Source: Paludibacteraceae bacterium
Lineage (GTDB): Bacteria; Bacteroidota; Bacteroidia; Bacteroidales; Paludibacteraceae
Direction: 5' to 3'
DNA: 64,000 nucleotides
Assembly (NCBI GenBank): GCA_017962085.1
Contig: JAGCWA010000033.1
Span: 31,264 to 95,263, forward strand
In this document: piece by piece, positions 13,301 through 28,300 of the stretch
Layout: each line of letters begins with the position of its first letter
Numbering within the stretch: the stretch's first letter is position 1
The notes under the pieces: generated by a model
Database searches by the model: none
Seen by the model: the letters and a program-made list of their open reading frames with translations, nothing else
What the model was told of the DNA's origin: nothing
Translations under genes and position numbers: made by a program

Positions 13301-16300
13301 TCCATACATCCACGATGTGCGTTTGCGTGTGTGTACAGATGCTCCTTGTTCCGACGACGGTGAAGGTGGTGAGCTCTTTCAGACTCTTTACGATGAGGGA
13401 ATCTCCCGTATTGTTCTTGTCTCCCATCCAGTAGAATTTGGTCTCCGTCGAATTGTTGTCTTTTACTTTGAGTTTTACAGAATCTCCCAAACATACGTTG
13501 TTGACAGGGTCGACGAAGGTGACTTCCGGATTAGGAAGTGATTTGATCGTGCTGTCGGATGTGTTGGTACAACCATTGTTGTCCTTAACGATCACCTTGA
13601 CGGTCTTGTCGTTTTCGTCGATTGAGATGTTCCATACGTTGGAGGTCGTGAAGCTAGCCCCATCATCCCAACTATAGAGCAAATCCGTATGGCCGCTCTT
13701 AACTGTCACGATAGTGTCTGTTTGGGCACAAACCTGTGACGGTGCGGACAACTCTATGCGTGGTAACGCATTCACATAGACAGTGAAGTCGGTGGAGTCT
13801 GTACATCCATTTCCGTCTGTCGCTTTGACGATGTACTTGTTCTGACCGTTTCCTGTTAAATCCTTGTCTGTCGTTATATTAACGATTGAGTTGGAACTTG
13901 TGTTTGGCGTGCTTGAAGCCGTCAAGTCCTTTCCTTTCCATGCCCATGAGTCGGTGAGGATGTTTTGGGACGTTGCGGTGAGGACGACAGGTTCTCCCGC
14001 ACATACAGTAGTGTCTGCTTTGCCTCCGTTGATGGATATTGCAGGCAAATCCCATATGTCGATCGTGATGATCTCGTGGGCGATACAATCGACGCTGTCT
14101 ATCAAATTAGTGCCATTGTAGACTACTTTGTCGACATGGTGGCGCATCATTGATATTTCAAAGTCGCTTCTGTCGTCGATTTTCTCTTGGATGGTTAAAT
14201 CGGTTATGTCGCTGCCTTCTGGAGGTATGTTGCCTCCACCTCTCCAAATGTAGTCGGAGATTACCAAACCGTTCTTATCCTTATGCAATATGACATTGGA
14301 GTAGCTTCCTTTACATACGGTCAGACTTCCTTCCCTGTCATATGCTGGATTTTCTTTTGCCTTGACGATGAATTTCTTTGTCGCCTCACAACCATTTGTC
14401 CTTGCGGTTACGGTTATGGTGTCTGTGCCTTGGACATCTGGCAGCGTGATGGATTCGGTCGTGGCTCCCGTATTCCATTCCCATGTGCCATTTGTCTTGT
14501 CTGTGAAGGTCAATGTCTTGTCCGATCCTTCACAAACGAATACTAATTCTGTTGGAACCTCGAACTTAGGTGTGTTGAAGACTTGGATGATGGCTTCGTT
14601 GCTGTTCTTACATCTTCCTACCGTCACCTCCACCGTGTAGCGCAGGGTCGTGTCTTTGTCAGGCATTTCAGTGATTACCAGCGTTTGCTCATTCCAAATG
14701 GAATCGTTGTTGCCGTTAAACCACTTGTATTTGTCTGCGCTAGAGGACGTTAGCTCTGCCCTTGGCGTGTTGACGCAAAGGAAGGTTGGAGCTGAGATTT
14801 CCACGTCAGGCAATGGCTTGACGTTGACGTAGGTTCCCTCCTCTTTCTCGCACACTAGCGTGTTGTTGGTGAGTGTGTAAGTCTTCTTTGCTGTTACGGA
14901 CATGGCCTGTCCTGTGCTCAACTTCTTGGATCTGTCGGTCCATTCTCCGTTGGTGAATGTGATTTCATCGCCTCCAACGTAGTAGGAATAGTCTGCCGCA
15001 CTGCTTTCCAACTTGATGACCGCATAGTCGTTCTCGCAGACGTCCTCACCTGCGATAGTGAAGGTTGGAAGCGCTTTGACCGCAATCTTCACACTGTCAG
15101 TGTAGGTACATTGGTTAATGGATTTGGCGGTGACGGAGTATACTTCCTCTTGGCCTGCCGGTTTCGTTGAAGTGACAGTCACGTTTCTTTCTCTGTGGCT
15201 TGAGCTCAGCGTTCCCCAATCCAGTTCATTGATTTGCGCATCTGCGGTAGATGTCACCCTCAAGTCGATTTCCCCGTGTTCACAAATGGCCTCCATAGCA
15301 TCGAGTGTGAAGACAGGTTGAGGGTTGATAGTGATAGTGAAGTAAGCAGAGTCGGAACAATCGTTTCCGTTGGCTGCTCCCAACTTGACAGAGATGGTCT
15401 GTTCCTCGTGACGGTTAGCGTTCGTTTTGATGACCACGGTGTCTTTGTTAGTGTTGTAAACCTCCGTGCCACTGAATGTGGATATTGTCCAACCATAATT
15501 CTTCAGACCTTTGGTTGCTCCCAATATGATGCTGTCTCCCTCGCAGATGTTGGCGGAACCATTGGATTCTCCGTTGATTCGCAGGTCAGGAAGAGGGTTC
15601 ACCATAATGGATATGGTTGAATCGCCTTCACATTGTCCGTCTGAATATTTGATGTCGTAATCGCGGGTGGCATCTGGCTTGAGAATGGCTTCCACGATGT
15701 TGCTTATGGCGCTGCTGTTATAAACCTTTGTGTTGTCGATCGTGTATTGGATCGCTCCACTGAGTTTGAGTGCCACGCTGTCGGCACCACCTTCGCAGAT
15801 GCCTTTTATGCCGTCAATGGTCAGTGTCGGCTTGTCAAGTCTTGTGATGGTGGTGTCGGCGGTTCCTATACATCCGTTCTCATCCATACCTGTGACTTCG
15901 AACAAGGTGATGCTGTTTAGGATGACCACCTCGATCCTGTCACCAACCTCCTCGTCAGTGTTGTCGATCTTCCAAGTGAATGTTCCGTTACCTGTTTGCA
16001 GTCTGGCGCTGATAGTTGTCGAATCACCCTCACAAACTTTGCTCTTCTCAGGGAAGAGGAGAACGGTCGGGTTGCTCCAGAGTTCAACGACGAATTGGTC
16101 TGATTTCGCTTCACAATTCTTGTCGTCTGTCGCCGTGGCAATGAAGGTATATGAACTTCCTGTCAGGTGAGAGGCTTGGATGGTATCTTTCCTGGTGTTT
16201 TCTGTGATAGAGAACCCATTGGTTTGATTGCCGTTCTCTATCCTCCAAGACAATGTGTAGGTGCTGTTCGGGTCACCTCCTGTGACGGATGCATGAAGTT

Positions 16301-19300
16301 CCACGTCCCCATCAGGACAGGTGTTCTTGTCTCCATCGATGGTTACGGTTGGGATAGAGTAGTAGTTGGTGCGAATAGTGTCTTGGCTTTCACAGTTGTT
16401 CAGGTTGGCGGTGACAATGTAGACACCGTTATCCGATACTGTGGTTTCCAATAATGAGTTTGTGCCTCCGTGGAAACTTAAGTCGTTCTCTTTGCTCCAA
16501 ACGTAAGTTGTGTCTGCACCGTTGGCTGCGTTGGTCACTTTCGCTCTCACTTTGAGCGTGACGTCCTTACAGGTGATGGTGTCTTTGTTGGTGATTACTT
16601 GTCCCAAGCTATTGTAGAGTGCAATAGTAGGGTATGGTTTGGTACCAACGGTAGTTGAGTCGTATGCCTCGCATCCGTTCTCTGGATTGATGCAGGTGAC
16701 GATGAACGTGTCCGCAGGAACTTTTGGCGCTATCCTTTCGGTGATGCTTGTTCCAGTCTTTCCGTTGTTCCATACGTATTGGTACTCGTTCTTCGCATTT
16801 TCCACGAATATGTCTACTTCTGTGTTCTCGCAGACGGTGTCAACCTTTGCGATCTTCACGGTTGGTCTTTCCAATCCGTTTACTGTGAATTTCGTGTTGT
16901 CGGAGCATTGATGAGTCAAAACGTTCTTTTCTTTCACAACGACAGTGTAGTCGGTCGATCCGATCACCTTGGCGATGTCCAACTCCGCGTTCGTCGGGGT
17001 GTTGCCATTGTTCCATGTGTAGTCGAATTCACCAGTCATGTTGGTCACTTCGGCGGTCAGCTTGAATGAACTTCCTTCACAGATGTTGTCACTGCCATCC
17101 CTCATGCCGTTGATGGTCACGATAGGCTTTTTCTTCACGTTGATTTGTATGAACGTGTCCATTTGGCAGTTGTTGGCCGTCTCCACTTTGATGTGGTATG
17201 TTGTTGTATCCTTCGGGCTTAAAGTCACCTGAGCCTGGGAGGTTGACGCATTGTCTTCTTGCCAATAGTAAGAGATGGCTTGTGTCCCCGTGTGGCCCGT
17301 TGGCCATTCCGCATGGATGGTTATGTCTGTGGACTCACCCTCGCAGATGGTCGTGTTTCCTTCGAATGTGATAGTCGGCAATGGGTATGCCTTCGCCATG
17401 ACGGTTGTGTCTATCTCGCATCCGAATTCGCTGGATGCTGTCACGACGAATTGTGCCGAATCGCTGATTTCTTTCTCCAATTTGTCTCCTGAACCTACGA
17501 ACGCACCCTTGTTGTTATTGCCAGATTGGGTTGGATCGTACTCATACCAGGTGTATGTCACGTTTTCGATATTCCCTTCCTCCTCAGCTTTGATGGTGGT
17601 TGGTTCGCCTGGGCAATTTGGAGTAACCTCTGTCTTGGTTCTAGGCATTGGTTTGATGTCTATCATGTAGCTTTCGCTTGCCTTACAACCGTTCTTATCC
17701 GTCACGGTGACATTATAAGGGACATCCTCTTGTGCCTGTGTCGGTTTAATGTTGATCTTGGACGAATCATTTGCATCGATTGTATAGCCATTGATTGCCC
17801 GTTCTTCCCATTCGTACTTCTTGATGCTGCTTGGGTCATCGCAGAGTACAGCAAGGATGTTTGCCGTATTGTCCACGCAGATTACGTTCTCGCCGGTGAA
17901 TCCGTTGATGATAGGCAATGCGTATACATTGACAGTCGTGTCCTTGGAGATGGTACATCCGTCCTTTTCCGCTTTGACTTGGAAGAAGTGGCTTCCTTGT
18001 GCATTGTCGATCTTGACGTGGTTCGTGTCTTGAATGGTTTTGTCTCCGTCCCATGTCCAGTCGTAGGAGGTTGCGTCGCCTATGACTCTGATGTCCATTG
18101 AATCGCCGTAGCAAGGCGTTTTAGCTTGGAAATTAAACACAGGGTCTGGCCTCATGCTAATTGTGGTGTCCATTGTGCTTGAGCAGACCAATGTCACGTT
18201 GGCGAAGCTTTGTTGGGTGGAGACCACTATGCGGAAGGTCGTGTCTTGCGTCGTGATGGTTGGCTTTATCTCTTCCATCCTTTCGATGAGGACAGCATTG
18301 TTGTCTTTCGTGACATAGTACCATTCGTAATTGTATGAGGAGTTGCCGCTTCCTGCAGGTTTCAGGCTAACCCTCTCTCCGTTACATGGACTGCCCTCCA
18401 TATTGATACCTGTGAGGGTTGGACGAGGAACAACGGTTATATTCGTTGTCTTTGGCTCTTCCATCTCACATTGCAGACCATCCGTCATCTTGGCTATTAC
18501 GCTATAGGTGGTGCCGCTTGTCGCGGTGAATGTGTTGCTGGATCCGTAAGTGCCGTCGTTCCATTTGTATTGTACATTCGCACCGTATATCTCTGTGGCG
18601 GTAATCTCTGTTTGTCCGCCTTCGCAGAACGCTCCTTCCGTGCTTAAGATCAGTTCAGGCAAAGGAAGGATGGTGACGGTGATGTCCTCTTCCGAGTTAC
18701 ATGTGTTGTTGTCAACCGTGAGGCTCGCCTTCACACTGTAGACCTCTTCCCTCTTGCTACCGTTGTTGGTGGTAAGTTTTGTGTTGACTAAGTTGCCGTT
18801 GATACCTGTACCTCTTGTCCATCTTACGTCTTTTCCTGCACCTTCGCCTTCCGCCAAGGTTGCGGTCATCGCCAACGTGCTTCCGCTACAAATGGTTCCA
18901 GGGTTGCCGCTGATAATGATGGTAGGAGAAGGAAGAATGGTGACGGAGATGGTGTCTGATTGTGCACATGCGCATTCGTTCGCATCTGTACCTGTCGCAT
19001 AGATCTTGAAGTTGCCCATGATTCTTTTTGCGGTGATCTCACTGCTGTCGCTGTTGTTGCAGACAATAGAGCAGGTGTTGTTGTCTCCGATGATGTGCCA
19101 TTGATAGCTCTCCGCACCGATTGCTGTGAAGTCGAGCTCATCACCTTTACATACTTGGTTCTTGCCTGTGATGGTGATTTTGTTCGTCGGATATACCTTT
19201 ATGGCTTGGCTTCCGGATGCTTCACAACTCAAATCGTTTGTAACCTTCACATCTGCGGAGACGGTGAACGTCGTGTCTCTTGCGATTGTTGGGGTTATCG

Positions 19301-22300
19301 GATTAGTGGAGCTTCCGTTTAACCATTGGATGTTAGAGAGCACCGCCCCAGCTGTTGTGCTGTGCGTTTCTATGCGTACGTTCTCTGTGCCCGTGCAGAC
19401 CATGACAGGTCTGTCTTGAGTCTCCACTCCGTTTACTTTGAATGTGAGTTCCTGTTTAGGATGAACGGTTACAGGAACCGATTTTATGTCAGACACGCAT
19501 CCTCCCTTGGATGTGTTGATTGTGAACGTCTTGTCATTGGTCAGTCTGGTCTGGGAAGTCCATGTCTTCCATGTGCTGGAAGAGGCTTGGGTGCTCTTGG
19601 AACCATCAGGCCAGTTGATTTCGTCCATGTCGCCGTCCACTACCAAAGTCGGATAGCCATTGTAACAGATTGGATTTGCGGAAATTGTGAACTCAGGTCT
19701 TGCTTTCGTGTAAATCAAAATCGTGTCCCAATTGCTACAATTGTATACGTCTGTCACATCCACTCTGATGTATTTGCTGAAGTTCTCGGTTGTCGGGGTC
19801 TCGTAGTGGTCGGTTGAAGAGAGTGAGGTTCCCGTTGTGGTTCCGTTACGGTCACTCTCTCTCCAGTCGTACGAACTATATACGTTGTTGGTTCTCAGCG
19901 TGATTTGTTCTCCCTCACAGACAGGATTGTCATCTGCTATGATGGTCACTTCCGGCAATGGGTTCACGTTGACATAGTAGTCTGTCGAGTCGACACATCC
20001 CGTTTCGGTGTTCTTTATGGACAGTTTCACCATGTATTGTGCCACATTCGGGTTGGTCGCCGGTATTTTAATGCTAGTCTTGTTTATGTCTCCGGTTGGC
20101 AAATTGTAGTCTGACACCTTCCATGTGTATTCTGCATTGTTTGCGTCCACATTGCTGTCAATCGTACCAGTAAGCGTTGCGTTCTCTTTGAAACATACGC
20201 TGGTGCTTACCGTGTTTGGCTCATTGATGTAGAAAATCGGCTTCTTGTTTACTCTCAGGGTGAAGGTGGTCTCTGCTTCACATGATTTTAACGTGACATG
20301 TACGCCGTTGCTCATCTCTATTTCTGTCGTGTCCCATGCGGTGACAGTGTATTGTTTGTCGTTGAAGATAGGATTTCTTTCAGTGAATTCTGGACCAGGG
20401 TGATTCCTTTCTGATGTCCATTCGTATTCATGCGCGCCAGAAAGCCTGATGGTTGGCTTGTCCCCTTCGCAGACTTTTGGCTTGTCGACGTTTATGTTCA
20501 CTTTGTTCTGTCTCCTGATTTGATTGACTATCATATCGCTCTTGCAACCCAAATAGTCTATCGCACGGACATAGAAGTTCTTGTCATTTACGTTCTCATT
20601 CCATAAAATGTTGGAAGAGAGGGTGTAGGATGGTCCTGTTCCTAATAATGTGACTTGGTCGTTGTGGTACCATTCGTAGTCTACAGCGCCCTCCACATAG
20701 GTGGACAAGGTCACATCGCTTCCCTGGCAAGCGGCAAAGATGGCTTGTGGTGGGTTCGGGACAGTGTCTAGGTGAGCGACAACGAAGTCGGAATCCTTAC
20801 ATTGCGTGGTATTGTCTGTGACAGTTACCCAATAGTAGATGTCTGTAACTCTTGGCTTTAATTTGCTTGGAACTACTCGGCAATACTCTTTTTCGTTGCT
20901 GCTTGTTACAATTCCGTGTTTGGTGACGTTGCTTTCCCCGCGGAATGTATAGTCGTTAATAGGGCCGTTCGCATCTCCTCGGTTCCATACACATTTCAGA
21001 TTGTTGCCCGGTACGGAGAACTTAATCGTGTCTTTTTTGCACACTGTATTATTTCTCGTGTTGTCGCTGAGGATGGTGAATTCCGGCTTCTTGTTGACAA
21101 CGGCGGTCTTGGTCACAGGTTCGCTTGAACATGTGAGGATTTTATTGTTGCCCATCGCATATTCATATGTTCCGACCACATGGTAGGTCTTGCTTTCGGA
21201 CAATTGTTCAGTGAAGGACAGGTCTCCGGCCACATTGTCCCATGTGAATTTGACGTTGTCCCATGTGAATGTGCTGTTCCCGTTTGGACCCAATCTTCCC
21301 AACTTGTTCTTTCTCACCGTAGAGGTTGCCACGTTGCCTTGGCATATTGGGGTTGTCTGAATATCGAAATCAGGGATTGGCACCGCCTTGATGTCGATTC
21401 TGGATTCGTTCTTACATCCGTTCACGTCGTATACCGTCAGGATGTAGGTCTTGTCAGTCTCGATCTTCTCGGTCAGTGAATTGGCGCTGGAGAGTATGTT
21501 GCTTGGATTTGTTGCCTCTGTCCAAGTGTAGCTACTGAATGTGGTTTTTTCAGACGACAATGTCAGGTTGCTTCCTTCGCATGCCGCCTGGTCACCGATG
21601 ATGCTGTTGATAGCCTCGTCGTATACCACAATGTTGTAGGTCTCGCTGCTTGTACATGTCAGTGTTCCATGTGCGTTTGTCGCAGTCACCGTAAACTTGT
21701 ATGGGTCGTCTATGCCTCTTGGATTTTCTGGGATTAATTTGAACTTGCCAGTATTCGTGTTGTCGATGGTGAATACTGGTGACGCAAGATTGTCAAGGGA
21801 TTCCCAAGCCAATGTGGCACTGGTTTGATCGCTTTGGGCGGTGATTGTCACATCGTCTCCTAAGCATATCTTGCTAGTGTTGTTATCCGTGCTTGGATCG
21901 AAGGATATGACAGGTTTCTTCACCACCTCGATGGTGAATGACGTGTCAATGGAACATTGGTTCGTGTCAACAACAATAGCCGTATAGCTCTTTGTGTCTG
22001 TTAATCCGTCGAAAGTTATTTCCAGTTTCCTGACCGCATTTTCGGTCACTGTCTGGTCGTAGGTGGTTCCGCCCTGCAGGGAAACGCTACCCAAGTCGGA
22101 TGCGGAGAATGTCACTTTCGCTTGTGTTCCTTCGCATATAGGGCTTGTCGCTATGTTTATGTCACCACGTTGTTTGATGGAGACGTTAACCGTGACAGGA
22201 CGGCTGCTACAGTGGTCATCCGAACCATATACCGTGAATGTCTCGTTTTTGTTGATGACAGGATAGATGGTCGCACCGTTCAGGATGCCGTTTTCGTTGT

Positions 22301-25300
22301 TCCATACATACGTCAGGTTTTGGGCGGTTCCGCTGGCAGGTTCCGCCTTTAACGTCGCGACATCTCCTTGGCAGAGCGTTACGTTCGGTTCCGTCTCTAT
22401 GACAGGGATGTCGTATACCGTTATTGTGATGTCCGTACTATCCGAACATCCGTTGTTTCCTTCACCCTTCACTCTTAATGTGTAAGTGCCTGATGCGGTT
22501 GGTTTGAACACACTGGTGTTGTTTGACGCCACCAATCCTGCGGCAGTTTTCCAAGTGTAGGTTGTTCCACCCGTTGCGGTGAGGATGGCGCTATCTCCCA
22601 AACAAATTTCCCTGGAGATTGGGTCGCAAGCAATTTGTATGTTCGGTAATGCGTTAGCGGTGATGGTCTGGTTCTTGACTTCGCTTTTGCAGTTCTTGTC
22701 GCTAGCCGCGATTATGGAGTAGAGTTGACTTTGCAGCATCTTCTCCCTCGTGGTGTAGCTGATTTCAGATTGTTGTGCGTTGTAGCGGATGGTGTCGTCT
22801 ACGTTTTCTCTCTTTATGTTGAATGCCGCAACGTCATGGATGTTCGAGAAGGTGATAACTCCGTTCTCTCCCACACATACAGGTTGTGCGTTCATGTCAA
22901 ACGAAGGATTTGGATTTCCTTTGACGGACACTGTGTCTGTTCCCACGCAACCATTGGCCTCTGTTCCGATTAGAACAAATTCCGTAGTCTCTTTCCTGAT
23001 GGCTGGACGGTATTCCGTTCCACCACCCACGCTGGCTCCGTCTTGGAACCAAGAGTAGTTGTTGGTGCTTACACCGCTTGCTGTCAGTGTGATCACCTCG
23101 TCGATACATTTCTCTGTCGCACCGTTGATCTTCACGTTCGGCAAAGCGTTGATGGTCACATTGAATGTGGCAGGAGCAGACTTACATTCTCCCTCCTGTA
23201 CTTGTACGGTCGCTCCGATGGAGGTCTCGTCACTTGAGATTGAGGAGATGTATTTAGCGTAGTATTGGGAACTGTCTTCTTTACTGCTCCAGTTTTTATT
23301 GTTCCATGAATATTTTAGGTTGCTCGGGTCGGAAACATTGCTGTAGTTGGCTTGCAGGATGATGCTGTCTCCCTTACAGATGCTGTTCTTTCCGCTGCGG
23401 CTGGTGATGGTGACGCGTGGTATGTCGCTTACGGTCACATCCTTGGTCTTGGTTGTTGTACAAGATCCGTTTGACGCTGTTACCTTGATGGTGTACACTT
23501 TCGCAATGGTCAGTGTGGTGTCAAATGTGGTGCTTGCTGTGGCGTCTCCATTGTCCCATGAGTAGGTTAGGTTCTCGTCGTTGGTGGTGATGCTGAAGTG
23601 AACCGTTTCGTTTTTACATACGGCCTCCTTGTCCACGTGTATTGTGAATTTTGGCGCATCTGTGGTCGCCACATTGTATTGAGTCCATTCAGATTCACAA
23701 CCGAATCGGTCTGTTCCTTTGATGTGGTACTCTCCGCTACCGTTCATCTTTTGGATGTTGTAGACATTACTCTTGTTGCCCAAATCGTTCCCGTCCGCAT
23801 CTTTCCATGTCCATCCTGCACTGTTCATCACGCTTCCGACACCTACTGCGGTCAGTTTCACATTCTTGTCTTGACATACAGCAGGGCTTGGATCCTGGGA
23901 AATTGATATTGTCGGCAAATCCTTAACCTCTACAGAGGCAGGGGCGCTCGTGGTCGTACAGTTGTTGTTCGCATATCTGGCTATGAGCGTGAATTGCGTT
24001 TCCTCTTCAATCGTGACATTGATTTTGTTGCTGGTATTATTGGTTGGTGCATTGTATGTGATGTTGGCGTTATTGCCTTGGTTGTCTTTCGCTATCCATT
24101 CGTAGCTAAGGGAGGCGTCTCCAATTGCGCTCAATTCCATTGGGCTTCCTTTACATACATATCCCAATCCCTTGTCGATACCGATAGTTGGCTCTGAATA
24201 GATCTCTATGGTGATGTTCTCTTGCGCCGTACAACCTGTAGATGTTTGGGCGGTGATTTCGTATTTCTTCCTTTCAGTTAGATTGCCAGTGTTGAATTGG
24301 TATTGTGTGGAACTGCTTTCTCCAACAACAGCTCCGTCCAATTTCCAGGTGCTCACACTGTTTTTCCCGTCGTACACAGTGATGTTTGTGGAGTTACCCT
24401 TACATAATGTATCTTTTTCCGCATAAATACTCAGGACAGGTTTCGTCTTGACATTGATGCTTTGTTTATTTGTTCCGGAACATCCATTTTCCACACCCGT
24501 CACAATGTAAGTCGTCGCTTCTTCGACGATTGGGTTGATGCTTTGACAAGAAGAGCAAGGGTAATTGGTAGTGTCATTAGGAGATGACTCCTTGACCTGT
24601 TCCCAAGTGAAGGACCCGGCGCCACTTGCCTGTAATGTGACAGGCTCGCCGCTACAAACCGTAGTCTGGCTTGCGTTGATGGAAACTACAGGTATTTCTC
24701 TGATTGTCAGGTTATACTCCGCCTTGCTGGAACAACCTCTACTGTCCTCTCCCGTTACATGGATTGTGGTTCTTCCAATTTTTGCGGTGGAGTCGTATGT
24801 CTCGCCTATAGTTCCATTGTCCCATTTATAGGTTGCGCCTCCCTTGGCGGTTAGGTGTACAGTTTCGTTTTCGCAATATTCGTTCTTTCCTGTAATGTAG
24901 ATGTTCGGGCTGGAAACAACGCTGAAGTTGAATGATTTTTGGGTAATACATCCCTTTTCGCTCTTTCCGTTGACCTTGATCTGGTAGATGGAGTTGCCTG
25001 GCTTTGGACTTTGGTCAGTGAAGGATGTCTGGCCTGCCACATATCCTGTCGCTTGCATGTCGGAGTAAGTGGGTATTGGCTCCCACTGAACATAATCCGG
25101 CATCACTTTGTCAGCGACATTTTTGATGGTCATTGTTATTTGGTCTCCCTGACATACATAGTCATTTTCCATCGTGAAGTCTGGGTATGGGTAGACCGTG
25201 ATGGTGGTGAATGTGTCTCTGCTGCAATATTCCTCGGAGGATCCGACAACCCTTACGTTAGCGTTCTCTGACAATGGTATTTGGATGGATTCGCCCGTCG

Positions 25301-28300
25301 CGTTGGCTATTGTTTGCCCGGTGGCGGTCGATGTGATGTTCCAAGCGTATGTTCCATTGGTGCCAGCTCCCGTAGCGCTGAGGTAAACAATCGAGTTGAC
25401 GCAAGAGTCCTTCCCTGCGACGTCTCTTGTGATGCTGATCGGATCTATGGAGTAGACTTCCATCTTAGCCACAGCGGATGTTCCTTTACAACCATTTCCG
25501 CCCACACCGGATACTCTGTATTGGGTCTTAATGGTTGGTTTTACTGTGACGGATCTTCCCTTGCCGGATAGGGTGTCCCATGTCGTTCCGTTGTTGGTGG
25601 AGTATTCCCAAATATACTCGTTCCCGGTTTCTCCGCCCGTTACGGAGAGTGTTGCGCTGTCACCTTTACAAATGCCACCCTCTGCGCCTGAGATGGCGAG
25701 TGCAGGCGCTTCCAGAACGTTGATGGTGACAAAATCCTCTTTTTCACATCCGTCGAGTGAGCCAGTGTAGATGTATTCCTTGGTTCCGGCTCTTCCCACA
25801 TCTGCTATTGTCCATGAGTATGCGGCGGTAGGAGATTGGTTCTTCGCAATGGTGTCTCCTTGATATATATATTTGTCCGCACCCATTAGGGCGATTTCCA
25901 CGGAACCATTTTCGCATGCCTCCACACCTGATGTTGCGGATAGGTTAGGGTATGGTTTCGACTCCAGTGTGATGCTTGCTGTGGATATACAGTTGTGACC
26001 GGTCTTTCCTGTCACACTAATAGGTTCCTCTCGTTGGTAGATGGCCACGGTGATTTTTTCTCCGATGGCTCCGTTGCTCCAAGAGTATTCAAGCGATTGT
26101 CCGTTCCCCGTTCCTTTGATTTGCGCTGTCAACTCTTTTGTTCCGCCTTCGCAGACTTTCGTATTGTCGAATAGGATTTCGATCTCCGGCGCTTCTTCGA
26201 TGCTGACGGATATAGGTTCTGTGCTCTTACATTTCGCTCCGCTGATGTTGCTTCCCTCCACGTAATATAGAGTATCGCTTCTCGGTGTGTCGGTGAATGT
26301 GGTTCCTGTTTTTTTGTTGTTTTCGTCACCTTTCAGCCACCAGGTGAATACATCTGCGCCTATTGCGCTCCAGGAGATTGGTTCCCCCTCGCATATGACT
26401 CTCTCTCCGATGATGCTGATCTTTGGCGCCTGGTTCACATCTATACTGAACTCATTGGTGGTCTTACATGTGATGCCTCCATTTTTCTTGAATCCCTCCA
26501 CCATGTAGAATCTTTTCGCCTCGTTGGCCACGAGTGGAATCCTGATTGTGTCAGGTGGGGTGAGCAGACTTCCTGCTTCAATGCTGTTGTCGACCACGCA
26601 GGAGTCCACACCGTTCACTTTCAACTCGAACTCAACGCCAGCGCATTCCCTGCTTGGGGAGTTGTCGAACGCGATGGTTGGCTTCTTGTACATGTAAATG
26701 TTTATGAAGTCCGTGTTGGTACATCCGTATTGGTCGCTACCGCTCACTGTATATTGGTATTCATACCTATTTGTAGAACTGTTGAAGTAGTTTTGGTCTT
26801 CAGCCGGAGTGGCAGTGATGGCGTCCAGGGTAGGCTGACCTTGGTTTGGTGTTGTCCACACGAAGGTTCTGATCGCGTTCCCGACAGCATCTTTTCCTGA
26901 CACTCTCATGGTGGTGGATTCTCCGACACAGATTTCCGTGTAGCCATTGCTTATGGTGTCATTGTTGGCTGTGATGGTCAACTTAGGCAATGGGATGGCG
27001 TTGGTTTGGAGAGAGTCGACTTGCGCACATCCGTTCTCTGCCAGGAATACCAAATAGTATTGTGTGGTGTCCAGCACGTTGATGTTGCTGGTGTCCGTGG
27101 TGCTGGCGGTCATTAGACGCAATCCGTTAAAATCGACGTTCTCCAATCCTGTCCAGTTTGCCCGGTCGAACCAACCGTACTGGCAATTATCCATACTAGT
27201 GGCTCCTGTCAGTCGGATGGTCTCTCCTGTACAGAGGTCCACCTGTTTGATTTCCCCCTCAGGTGTGTACATGTTGGAGATGGATATTTTGGAGGTTGGT
27301 TTCTCGATAACGGAGACATCATGTGTGCCCTCGAATACGCAATGCATAGGATTGCCGTGGTCAGTGATTCTGTCCTGATGGATTTGTAAACGGTAACGGA
27401 TCGTTCCATTTACCGGCTTCACGTAACAGGACCTACCATCGGTTCCGTTCGATCTCTTCAGGGTGTCTCCTGCCTCGTTGAGCCAAACGTAGTAGTAATT
27501 TCCCCCTCCGTTTTGTAAGTCGTTCTCTGTGTAAGAGTTGTCGTCCAGACTCAGCAGGGTGGAGTCTCCGTAGCAAACTGTTTCGTCACCGTTGATGACC
27601 ACCTCAGGTCTTTTTTCCACATTGATTTGTTTGATGACAGGAATCCTACAGTCATTTTTAGTTACGACCGCCAATTGGGTTGCGAAGTTGCATCCTCCGT
27701 CGACTTGACAGTTGAATAGTTTAGTCGGTTCGAACTCTCCATTCTCCTCTTCTGCCTCTCCGCTTTGGTCGAAGAATGTCCAAACTTGGTAAACGATGCT
27801 GTCGTTCGCTTTCTCGATATTGTTCACTGTCACGTGTTCAACCCTAGATAGGTTCGTGAACTTCACCTCGTTGTAGCATCCCTTGTCCCAAGAGTAGTCC
27901 GCCACGATAGGGTTCTTCAATAGTCGGAATGTGTCTATCACTTTGGTGCAGCTCTCGTCTGCGCTGTTGTACATGGTGCAGGTGTAGTCCACGCCCTCGA
28001 AGATGCTTGTGTCGGGAATTGCGCAAATGTATGGCGAGCTCGATTTCGTTTTGAATATTTTGCCGTCGCTCAATCTTTTCCACTCGTATGTGTCGAAGGC
28101 GTCAGGTGCTGTGATGACGGCATCCTCGCCTCCGCCACAGTTCTTGATCTTCAGTTCCATCTTTTGTGTGGAGGCGTTGACGTAGGCGTAGGTGCGGTGG
28201 TAACCACCGGTGAATGATGTGACGAACTCTCTTTCGTTATTAGGGCTACATACTTCGCATTTTGCCATGTATTCTCCTGGTATTATATCCCCGTTGCCGT